Origin: an uncultured Acidobacteriota bacterium
Lineage (GTDB): Bacteria > Acidobacteriota > Terriglobia > UBA7540
DNA length: 47,978 nt
Assembly: GCA_964613505.1 (NCBI GenBank)
Contig: CAZTHM010000001.1
Location: forward strand, 1 to 47,978
Direction of reading: 5' to 3'
The position numbers and the translations under genes were made by a program. Each line of letters starts with the position of its first letter. Position 1 is the stretch's first letter. Of the stretch, positions 16,703 through 24,367 are shown one piece after another. Under the pieces are notes generated by a model, which saw nothing but the letters and a program-made list of their open reading frames with translations, was not told where the DNA came from and did no database searches.

Positions 16703-17530
16703 CTAGCCTTTTCCTGTCGTCCGAACTCCGTATGCCAGAACAAAAGCAATTCCGCTGAATCCCAGTGCATCAAATGCGCTTGCTACTGTGAATCCCCCGC
16801 CTACCAAAGGATTCGCGATCGCACTGGGTACGTGTAGCAGGACAAACCAAAGAAAGATCATTGTGCCCTGCAGAATTGCAACCACCCTTAACTTGATCTT
16901 CAAGAGGATCGCAGTACCGGAACCAATGAGGGCCACACCGGCAAAATAAGTCCAGAAGATGTGTCCTGGAATCCACGCGGGAACCATTCTTGCCACGTGT
17001 TCTGTGTACAAAAAATGGTCAATGCCAAATGTTACTGTCATGAAGGAAAAAAGATATCTGCCAAGAGGGATGAGTTTTTCCAACGCCCTCATGAGCGGGG
17101 ATTTTTCCCCAGCGCTTGCGGTCTCTCCGGGAAACGACCCGGCAATAACAAACGCCCCTCCTGAAAATGCCAGCGCTTTGGTTGCATCCACCCACACTCC
17201 CAAATGGCTAAGTTTATGGGGGAAAACGAACAGCATATAGGGGACATGCCAGAAAACAACCAGCGCCAGGAGTATGCCTCCTAGAACGAGTGCCACTCCT
17301 CTTCCTTTTTTCTCGAAAATGATGGCCATACCTGCACCGATGAGGGCCGCACTGGCAAGGTAGGCCCAAAAGGCAAGTCCGGGAATCCCCGAAGGCCACT
17401 GCGGAACAAAAACAGAGCGAAATTTTGCATAAAAAAGCTGTTGAATCCCCAGACCGGCCATGCAAGTGCCATAGAACGAGCGCCCTGCTCGAATGACATC
17501 ATGGTCGAGTTTCCCTGAAGGGCTCATCAT
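16703..17530 (-). CDS. Integral membrane protein with an internal duplication (two DoxX-like 4-TM halves)
   Basis: Start MMSPSG.. (17530) forms an ATGA overlap with the upstream stop. The halves align: FWAYLASAALIGAGMAII..HVP..KALAFSGGAFV versus FWTYFAGVALIGSGTAIL..HVP..DALGFSGIAFV. Confidence 0.75.
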   Translation of the reverse strand: MMSPSGKLDHDVIRAGRSFYGTCMAGLGIQQLFYAKFRSVFVPQWPSGIPGLAFWAYLASAALIGAGMAIIFEKKGRGVALVLGGILLALVVFWHVPYMLFVFPHKLSHLGVWVDATKALAFSGGAFVIAGSFPGETASAGEKSPLMRALEKLIPLGRYLFSFMTVTFGIDHFLYTEHVARMVPAWIPGHIFWTYFAGVALIGSGTAILLKIKLRVVAILQGTMIFLWFVLLHVPSAIANPLVGGGFTVASAFDALGFSGIAFVLAYGVRTTGKG

Positions 17531-18732
17531 AGATAGCTGAGCCACCACTCCTTCCGACGTTCCTTCAAGCGCGCAAACCACAAGCACAGCGGATACATCA
17601 GCATGACAACAAGAACCCAAACCAGGTACACGACTCCCAGCGGATAGCCGTAATCCGGCGGGAACAATTGCGACGGGCCACCGGACGAAGGCAAAGGGTT
17701 GAACAAAAACGCCGCCTCACCGTATCGCGTCAGAGCAAACGGTATGGTCAGAGCATGAATCAGAACGATGTGAATAACAAAATACAAAAGCGGCACGCGT
17801 CCGAAAACGACCAGCGGATTGGCTTTCGAAAATCTGGCTGCATCCATCCAAGCGAGCAGCAAAAGAGCCGGCCCCAGGGTCATCAGCAAAAAATCGAGCG
17901 ATGGCGGATACTTCGTGCATTTCAAGAAGGAAAGGACGGTCATCCCCGGCACTTGGCCGGACCATGGAAAAGGGTCTCCATAAACATTGATCCCGCGAAT
18001 CACAAAAAATGCCACCGTTACAACAAGTCCAACGCGCATCAACCATTGCCGCCGTCGGAATGGGTCCTCCATGACCATCAAACGCCCAAAACAGAACCCC
18101 GCAGCCATGACCGCCGCCCAGGGCACAAGGGGATAGCCAACCAGAATGACCATCTTGCCGGCGCTGAACATTCCCGGCTGATGCAGGAAGTTCCATATCC
18201 ATGCTGCCGAGCCGAAAAGCTGCTTCCCGGAAATGGAATCGGCAAGGTTGTGCAGGGCAATCGTCAGGAGGCTGAGGATCGCAAGCGCGCGAACGGGAAG
18301 CCACACGAGAAAGCCAAGAACGATCATCGAAAGCCCAAGCGCCCAGAGCACCGTAAGGGCAACCGGGCCGGACAGGAAACTGAAGTTCATCGCCAGGCGC
18401 AGCACGGTTACTTCCAGCACCACCAGCCACAAGCCGCGCGTCCAGAGAAAGCGCGAAAGCTGTCCGGTGGTGCGGCCGCGTCCCAGCCAAAAGAACGCCC
18501 CCAGGCCCGCTGTGAACATGAAAACCGGCGCGCAGATGTGCGTAACCCAGCGGGTAAAGAACAGCACAGCCGAGGTGCGCGTCAAGTCCTCCGGCTGGAA
18601 GACCATGGCATCCGCGTGAAAGAACTCACGCGTGTGGTCGAGAGCCATGATGATCATCACCAGGCCGCGCAAGGCGTCCACGGAGACTACGCGGGCCCCG
18701 CGGTCAACCGTTGGAACCATAGAAGGAGCCAC
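17527..18732 (-). CDS. DUF1624 / heparan-alpha-glucosaminide N-acetyltransferase-like membrane acyltransferase
   Basis: 401 aa, polytopic. N-terminal SVDALRGLVMIIMALDHTREFF signature. Confidence 0.88.
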   Translation of the reverse strand: MAPSMVPTVDRGARVVSVDALRGLVMIIMALDHTREFFHADAMVFQPEDLTRTSAVLFFTRWVTHICAPVFMFTAGLGAFFWLGRGRTTGQLSRFLWTRGLWLVVLEVTVLRLAMNFSFLSGPVALTVLWALGLSMIVLGFLVWLPVRALAILSLLTIALHNLADSISGKQLFGSAAWIWNFLHQPGMFSAGKMVILVGYPLVPWAAVMAAGFCFGRLMVMEDPFRRRQWLMRVGLVVTVAFFVIRGINVYGDPFPWSGQVPGMTVLSFLKCTKYPPSLDFLLMTLGPALLLLAWMDAARFSKANPLVVFGRVPLLYFVIHIVLIHALTIPFALTRYGEAAFLFNPLPSSGGPSQLFPPDYGYPLGVVYLVWVLVVMLMYPLCLWFARLKERRKEWWLSYL

Positions 18733-18744
18733 CCTTGTTCGTTT

Positions 18745-19602
18745 TCACCTTCCGCCGCTTGCGGAGGACATGGTCTCGAGCATGGCGGTGATGTCCCGAT
18801 AGCTGACCGCCTCATCCGCGAACTCAAACGTGCCGCGCTCGCGCATCTCCCGCGCCGCGCGAAGAAAGGCGCCGAGGGCGGCACGTGCGAGCGCGCTGCC
18901 AACACTGATTCGCTTGACGCCGATCGCTGACAAGGTCGCAAGAGACAATTGAACGCCTTGCAGTCCCATGATCACATTCACGGGGCGATCCACGGAGCGC
19001 ACCACAGCCGCAATATCATCCTTCGAAGTCAGGCCGGGCGCATAGAGGACATCGGCCCCTGCCGCTTGGTAGGCCTGCAGGCGCATGATGGTGTCTTTCA
19101 AATCTGGCTTTCCGACCAGATAGTTTTCCGCACGCGCAGTTAATGTGAAACGAAACGGAAGGCTGCGGACCACCTCTGCGGCCGCGCGGATTCTCTCGGC
19201 TGCATGCGCCAGTTCATATGGCACGCCATCCCCGCGCCCGGAAACATCTTCAATCGAGCCGCCGGCAAGCCCGGCCTTCGCGGCAAGCCTAATGGTCTCC
19301 GCGACGGTCTCGGGGGTGTCTCCAAAGCCATTCTCGAGGTCGGCGCTTACCGGCAAGTCGGTCGCAGAAACAATGGCGGCCACATGCGCTATCGTTTCCT
19401 CACGGCCAATCGCGCCGTCCCGCTTCCCGGCCGAGAAAGCATAACCCGCGCTGGTGGTGGCCAGCGCCTCAAAGCCCAGCTGGGCCAGCAGCCGCGCTGT
19501 GCCGATGTCCCAGGGGTTCGGAATAATGAATGCGCCATCACGCTTGTGAAGCGCGTAGAAGGCTGCGCCCTTCTCAGTTTGCGTTAACATGTTTGGCCTC
19601 AT
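18745..19602 (-). CDS. Isocitrate lyase / PEP mutase superfamily enzyme (PA4872/oxaloacetate decarboxylase-like rather than true PEP mutase)
   Basis: [35 protein letters not shown]. Lacks the KRCGH loop of methylisocitrate lyase. Confidence 0.88.
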   Translation of the reverse strand: MRPNMLTQTEKGAAFYALHKRDGAFIIPNPWDIGTARLLAQLGFEALATTSAGYAFSAGKRDGAIGREETIAHVAAIVSATDLPVSADLENGFGDTPETVAETIRLAAKAGLAGGSIEDVSGRGDGVPYELAHAAERIRAAAEVVRSLPFRFTLTARAENYLVGKPDLKDTIMRLQAYQAAGADVLYAPGLTSKDDIAAVVRSVDRPVNVIMGLQGVQLSLATLSAIGVKRISVGSALARAALGAFLRAAREMRERGTFEFADEAVSYRDITAMLETMSSASGGR

Positions 19603-19943
19603 CGTGCGGTTGGCAGTGCAGCGGGAATGCCGAAGGTCCCATCGACCACTTCGGCGAAGTTTCTTTCCTCGCGGAGAATGAGCCGCTTTGCTTGCGCCAT
19701 GGCGAAGTTCTCACGCCCCTCCGGATCTGCCTTCAGGCGCGCTCGGTAAGCCTCATACGAAGCCAGGCTGTCGAATGCGATCAGCCCCCATGCCACATCA
19801 TTTGTTCCTTCATGAGGAAGAAAGTATCCGACAAGGTGCCCGCCGCATCGAGGAATAATGCGGCCCCAATTCTCGGCGTACTTCTTGAACGCGTCTCGCT
19901 GGAATGGATCGATCTGGTAGCGGATGATGCATATGATTGTCAT
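19599..19943 (-). CDS. NIPSNAP-family protein
   Basis: 114 aa. [22 protein letters not shown] .. [22 protein letters not shown]-type overlap with the downstream gene. Confidence 0.88.
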   Translation of the reverse strand: MTIICIIRYQIDPFQRDAFKKYAENWGRIIPRCGGHLVGYFLPHEGTNDVAWGLIAFDSLASYEAYRARLKADPEGRENFAMAQAKRLILREERNFAEVVDGTFGIPAALPTAR

Positions 19944-20048
19944 TGGTATCCCCCATCGGCAGAAGGCTCGCTCAAGGGCGCTTTCCGTAATCCTCTAGAA
20001 TTACCTTACGCCCGGCATGTTCATCGCGAGTCCCCAGGATGGATCCTA

Positions 20049-20546
20049 CTACTTCCGAAATCTACTGAACACGGAATCGCGATCTTTGGCCGCAGCGTGG
20101 CAGTCGTGGCACTTGCGTGCGGCTTCAGGGGCGAGGACTCGTTCCGATTGACTATCGCCTTTGAATTCCTCATAACCCCAGCCGCCGGTGGCAGCAAATC
20201 GTTGGCTGTCTTTCTCCATCACGTCGATAAACCGCCGCGGTCCCTCAGCGGTCGCCCCGGCGCTCTCTCGCGTCTCTAACAAATCAAAAACGAGCAAAGA
20301 ACCGTCCGGGAATCGCCCGGTGCGATAACCCTCCATGGCCTTTTCATTCGCATAGATGTGATGCAGCCCGCCGACCCTTTCAAAGAAAGGACTCTGCGGG
20401 CCGACCAGGGCACTCTTCACATGCACCCAATTGCGATAACCCTGCGGGTAAACCACCGGGTCACCGGGGACGGCGCCCTGATGAAGGGCCGCTGTGAAAC
20501 CTGCGCATATCATCAGGACCATCGAAATAGTTCTCATAGGTGCCAT
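20049..20546 (-). CDS. Cytochrome P460 family protein
   Basis: Signal peptide, YRNWVHVKS, GLHHIYAN, and the C-terminal heme motif CHDCH. Start at 20546 or 20537. Confidence 0.85.
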   Translation of the reverse strand: MAPMRTISMVLMICAGFTAALHQGAVPGDPVVYPQGYRNWVHVKSALVGPQSPFFERVGGLHHIYANEKAMEGYRTGRFPDGSLLVFDLLETRESAGATAEGPRRFIDVMEKDSQRFAATGGWGYEEFKGDSQSERVLAPEAARKCHDCHAAAKDRDSVFSRFRK

Positions 20547-20624
20547 ACCTTCGACTCCCGTGGACGACAAAACTCGAAAGGATCAATATGCAGACAAAAG
20601 CAACTGCGCGTCGCGCACAGTAGG

Positions 20625-20672
20625 ATGATTTCGGACACATTCGGGCAGAAACAAAGGTCGATTCCCTAGCGG
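20625..20672 (+). repeat. Degenerate copy (c5) of the dispersed TTTCGGACC element
   Basis: Blocks TTTCGGAC (20629-20636), ATTC and TCGATTCCCTAGCGG (20658-20672), with the same order and spacing as c1. A possible detached outer block GACTCCCGTGGACG lies at 20553-20566. Confidence 0.35.
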
Positions 20673-20721
20673 TGTGCCGCCTCACAGTGGCTTGGTGCCA
20701 TGAGGCAGCTTGCTTGCAGTT

Positions 20722-21609
20722 TCAGTTCATCGAATCTTTCCATGTCTTGGGCGCAACGCCCAGCAGGCGGCGCATATGACGCGCGAGGTGGCTCTGGTGG
20801 GAGAAACCAGCTTCCAGCGCAACTTGGCTGATGGGCAGCTTGCTATCGCGCAGCAGCAGCGCCGCCAGTTCTACCCGTCGCCGGATGACATATTGATACA
20901 CGGGCAAGCCCATGGAACGGCGGAACAGCACTTTGCAGTGTGAAACGCTGACGCCCGCGACTTGAGCAATGTCTTGTAGCGACAAATCATTGCTCAGATT
21001 GTCCTCGATGTAGGAAAGCACCTGTTTCAGCCTCCGGGGAGGCAATCCCCCGCGATAGAGGCGCGATTCCACGGCCAGCGAGCTGTGACGATGCACCACC
21101 TGGGCGGCCAACGCCGCAGCCATGCTGTCCAAAAACAAACGGCCGCATGGAAAACCTCGATCCATTTCTGTTTTCAGCGCCCAGGCGAGATGTTCTATGG
21201 AAGCATCGCGAATCTGGAAACGATTGCAGATTTGCAGGCGGGACGGATCTCGCCTGGAGTCTTCGACGACCCTCTGCAAAACCTCCGGAGCAAGGCTCAA
21301 AACGAGAACCGTGTCCGTATCCTCATTCACCCACCGGCTGCGCATGCCCAACGGAATGATGTCCACATCACCGTGGATGGCCTTTCCGCGATGGCTTTCG
21401 CCTCCGCGGAGGCAAGCCACGTCGGCGGCGGACCCTACGTGAACGCTGACGACAACTCGCTGTGAGCCAGGAAAGTCATGCACTCCCCGCGGGTCTGTAA
21501 GCATGCGCACTTGCAGGCTTTCGGTTGCTACGGTTGGTCCTGCGGGAGCAGGCACGGCCTTCCTTGCCGGGCCATGCCCTGCCCTTCCAAAACTAATTCC
21601 CAGACTCAT
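20722..21609 (-). CDS. AraC-family transcriptional regulator
   Basis: 295 aa. C-terminal double HTH (..LSLQDIAQVAGVSVSHCKVLFRR .. ISQVALEAGFSHQSHLARHMRR). Confidence 0.9.
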   Translation of the reverse strand: MSLGISFGRAGHGPARKAVPAPAGPTVATESLQVRMLTDPRGVHDFPGSQRVVVSVHVGSAADVACLRGGESHRGKAIHGDVDIIPLGMRSRWVNEDTDTVLVLSLAPEVLQRVVEDSRRDPSRLQICNRFQIRDASIEHLAWALKTEMDRGFPCGRLFLDSMAAALAAQVVHRHSSLAVESRLYRGGLPPRRLKQVLSYIEDNLSNDLSLQDIAQVAGVSVSHCKVLFRRSMGLPVYQYVIRRRVELAALLLRDSKLPISQVALEAGFSHQSHLARHMRRLLGVAPKTWKDSMN

Positions 21610-21691
21610 CTGAACCTCACCCCATGCAGAATGGACGCAACTTCCGGCCCCTCGGAACTTGACCCCTTAGATTCTACTCTGCCGCAATTGG
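21610..21691 (+). repeat. Diverged copy (c4) of the dispersed element, filling the AraC-start / TolB-like-stop gap exactly
   Basis: CTGAACCTC..ATGGACGC..TTCCGG..GATTCTACTCTGC..AATTGG. Same block order as c1 and c3. Roughly 55-60% identity by eye. Confidence 0.45.
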
Positions 21692-22792
21692 TTATCTGCA
21701 AGTCCGGGCAATGGTTCCATTCCGGGCGACTTCAAGGGATTGGCCATCCGCTCGGCACGCCGCTCTTAGCTCCAGTTTCGATAAATCCATTTGGTAAATA
21801 TCTCCCAAGCCGTTGCCGGCTGAGCGTATTCTCTCCAGATACTCTTGGGTGGCGAACCTTTGAGGTGGTTGCCCATCTCGAATGTTCCTGGCGCTGGTCC
21901 AAAAGAAGTACCTTCCGTCCGGTGAGACCATGGGGGAATACTCGTTCGCGGCGGAGTTGATCTCGTTCGGAAGGCCTGCGGGTTTTGTCCATGATCCATT
22001 CTGCTGGTAGCTGATATACAGATCCGAGTCACCATTTCCCTCTCGATTGTCCGCCATGAAAATCAAAAAACTTTGATCGGAAGCGATATAGGGCTCGTAT
22101 TCATTTAGTTCGGTGTTTATCGGGCTTGCCAAATTCTCCGGCTCCCCATACTTCCCGTCAACCAAACGCGAACGGTAAATGTCCGTCTTCCCCAATGCGC
22201 CCGGGCGGCCTGAACCAAAATAGAGAGTTCCATCGGTTGCCAACGTCGGGTACCACTCGTTACCCTCGCTATTGACAGGCGAGCCGAGATTGCGCGGCTC
22301 GCCCCATTGCTTTCCGTTACGCTCCATAATCCAGATGTCGAGATCGTGGTGCTTCTTGCCCGGCACGGGACGGTCCGAAATGAACAAGAGCTTTGAGCCA
22401 TCCGCGGTGATGAAAGGGTCAGCATCCCTGTACTGTCCCGAAAAAGAAGCCACCTTGGGCTCCGTCCAGTGCCCGTCCTGGAATTGGGATACGAATATCG
22501 TCCAGAAAGAAAAGTCGGGTGAGTCCTTCAGGAAATATAAAGTCTTGCCATCCGGCGTAAATACGGGGTGAGATTCATAGTCCCCGGTAGAAATGATTCC
22601 CTGGGCGAAGATTGTTGGCTTACTGAGCGGCTTTTCAACTGCATACGGCGCTCCTTGATGTTGGGTATTCTTGCCCGACAGACCAACCATAACGAAAAGC
22701 GATGCCAGGACCCCAAACAGGGGGTAGATGCACATCTTGACAGAGCGATGTCTGATTATTTGCGTAGTGAAGTTCAGCAATGCCGTTCGCAT
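21692..22792 (-). CDS. TolB-like WD40/PD40 beta-propeller repeat protein (secreted/periplasmic)
   Basis: 366 aa. Repeated P.F.PDG..L.F.S motifs (HPVFTPDGKTLYF, DPFITADGSKLLFISDR, YPTLATDGTLYFGS, SPMVSPDGRYFFWTS). AGGAGG RBS 9 nt upstream. AT-richer than its flanks. Confidence 0.85.
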   Translation of the reverse strand: MRTALLNFTTQIIRHRSVKMCIYPLFGVLASLFVMVGLSGKNTQHQGAPYAVEKPLSKPTIFAQGIISTGDYESHPVFTPDGKTLYFLKDSPDFSFWTIFVSQFQDGHWTEPKVASFSGQYRDADPFITADGSKLLFISDRPVPGKKHHDLDIWIMERNGKQWGEPRNLGSPVNSEGNEWYPTLATDGTLYFGSGRPGALGKTDIYRSRLVDGKYGEPENLASPINTELNEYEPYIASDQSFLIFMADNREGNGDSDLYISYQQNGSWTKPAGLPNEINSAANEYSPMVSPDGRYFFWTSARNIRDGQPPQRFATQEYLERIRSAGNGLGDIYQMDLSKLELRAACRADGQSLEVARNGTIARTCR

Positions 22793-22864
22793 GTGTGGCT
22801 GCCTCCTTCAAACACCGAAGAATTCCCCAAAAACAGAAAACATCACAACTCGGACAAGCCTCTT

Positions 22865-22943
22865 CCCAATCAAGCCTAGCAGAATCGAGCGGGCACCCAT
22901 GGAATCAGGTCCGAAAGCGTCCATGCTTTCCACTGGAGTTCAG
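22865..22943 (-). repeat. Copy c1 of the dispersed element
   Basis: Minus-strand reading: CTGAACTCCAGTGGAAAGCATGGACGCTTTCGGACCTGATTCCATGGGTGCCCGCTCGATTCTGCTAGGCTTGATTGGG. The outer end abuts the stop codon at 22944-22946. Confidence 0.7.
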
Positions 22944-24134
22944 CTACCTTGTTGAAGCGCTGCGCCGCTTTATCTGATACTCCGCCTCGAGCCTCCAGGT
23001 CTTGCCAGCATCGCGAGACCTCTCTCCCCGCCAGATGAAAGAGTTAGCCTGGATATCGTTGAACGACCAGCGCAGCGACGAACCGTCGCGGCCTGGCCCT
23101 CTGAGAACGATCCGATCCCCCTCCACCCCGCCCTGCAGCACAGTAAAACCACTACCTTGTGGGGCCACCCACACCACACGCCACAACCCGGACTTGGGGT
23201 CGAAGAAGCGCACCGTCGTGCCGATGAACCGCTCGTCCTTCGTGCCTTTCTCTGGATACGTAATCCAGATGTCCTGCAGAACACGGCCATCGATGACCCA
23301 GCCGAACAGGATTTCTCCAAAAGTGTGACTAACGCTGCCGTCCTCGGCGTAGGAGGCATAGTCGCTATCCCAGGTGCCGACGAAGCCGTCGAACACTTGC
23401 GCCTGCGCTCCCAGGCTGACATGCGGGCCCGACGCCCGCAGCGCGCGGATCATCTCGGTTCGAGGATCGCTTGCACCTGCTTCCGGAGATGGCTTTTCCG
23501 CGGAGCTCCCCCCACTCCTCCGCCTCATGTGATGCTCTTCCTCGAGCCGCCAGGTCTTGCCGCCATCACGAGACTTCTCTCCACGCCAGAGGAATGAGCC
23601 GGCCTGGATATCATTGAACGACCAGCGCAGCATTGCGCCTTCATCGTCCACGCCTCGCAGGACGATCCGGTTCCCTTCGGCTCCACCCTGCACGGTTACG
23701 AGGGTCCCAAATGTCGGGGCCACAAAAACAACCCGCCACATCTTGGACTTGCTGTCAAAAATACGCACCGACGTTCCGATCGTCCGTTCCTGTGTGCCTT
23801 CCTTTGGATAGCTGATCCAGATGTCCTGCAAGGCGCGCCCGTCAATGATCCAGCCGAATTTGAGCTCGCCCGAGGAATGACGGACGCTGCCATCGTCGAG
23901 GAAGAAGGTGTAGTCGCAATCCCATGTACCGACCAGGCGATCAAAGACCCGCGCCGCGTCCCCCAGCGAGGAATGGGGACCCGGAGCGGAAAGGGCTGTG
24001 ATCATGGCCTGCTTTGGGTCAATGGTTTGTTGCGCATCGCTTGTGCTGCGAGCACCACCGAATGCAAGGCTCAGCACGCTTGTTGTGGCCAATGCGCCGA
24101 GAATGCAGAGGACCGCACCCCGCCCTGATTTCAT
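22944..24134 (-). CDS. Secreted protein made of two tandem 'GKTW' domains (in-frame gene-internal duplication)
   Basis: Start MKSGRG.. (24134) with a GGAGGA RBS. Signal peptide. Two roughly 168-aa repeats: ..FDRLVGTWDCDY..WRGEKSRDGGKTWRLEEEHHMRRR and ..FDGFVGTWDSDY..WRGERSRDAGKTWRLEAEYQIKRR. Confidence 0.8.
   Translation of the reverse strand: MKSGRGAVLCILGALATTSVLSLAFGGARSTSDAQQTIDPKQAMITALSAPGPHSSLGDAARVFDRLVGTWDCDYTFFLDDGSVRHSSGELKFGWIIDGRALQDIWISYPKEGTQERTIGTSVRIFDSKSKMWRVVFVAPTFGTLVTVQGGAEGNRIVLRGVDDEGAMLRWSFNDIQAGSFLWRGEKSRDGGKTWRLEEEHHMRRRSGGSSAEKPSPEAGASDPRTEMIRALRASGPHVSLGAQAQVFDGFVGTWDSDYASYAEDGSVSHTFGEILFGWVIDGRVLQDIWITYPEKGTKDERFIGTTVRFFDPKSGLWRVVWVAPQGSGFTVLQGGVEGDRIVLRGPGRDGSSLRWSFNDIQANSFIWRGERSRDAGKTWRLEAEYQIKRRSASTR
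22962..24020 (-). repeat. Tandem 555-bp coding repeat (units about 22962-23465 and 23517-24020)
   Basis: The DNA-level period is 555 nt (compare GCCTCCAGGTCTTGCCAGCATCGCGAGA with GCCGCCAGGTCTTGCCGCCATCACGAGA). Roughly two-thirds nucleotide identity by eye. Confidence 0.8.
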
Positions 24135-24367
24135 TTTTATTTCCTCCAATCAGCGGTAAACAATCCAACCTTCTCGCCTTAATTTATTCGGTTCGCTCCC
24201 TGCACTGATGTCATTGCTTTCCTCCAATCAACGATAAAGAGTTCCTTATTTCACCAACCGAACCAAACGCGGATCCAGACCACAACTTCTCGGCAGAAAA
24301 GTTGGGAATAGGCTCGCTGGGAATATGCCCTGATCGGCTGGGGCCAATATGCACTTTCTTGCGAAAA

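Noticed and set aside
17668-18930. 420-aa plus-strand ORF.
   Set aside because: It is antisense to the DUF1624 and PEPM genes. Its composition is R/Q/H/K-rich and low in complexity, which is typical of a GC-rich shadow ORF. The opposite strand has clear family signatures.
22808-22924. Small ORFs starting at the RTG GAC of the dispersed element: MDAFGPDS.. 38 aa here, MDVFGPES.. 17 aa at 30647..30700, and VDIFGPES.. within 32619..32828.
   Set aside because: The lengths (38, 17 and 69 aa) and C-termini are unrelated. One of them runs antisense through DUF1223. The conservation looks nucleotide-level rather than peptide-level. This is not fully excluded for the 38-aa ORF upstream of the TolB-like gene.
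22873-22936. Reading the dispersed element as a sigma54 (GGGCAC..) or ECF (GGAAT..CGTCC) promoter.
   Set aside because: The spacings do not fit: GGAATC to CGTC is only 11 nt, and no TTGC lies at the -12 position. Orientation relative to downstream genes is also inconsistent among the copies.
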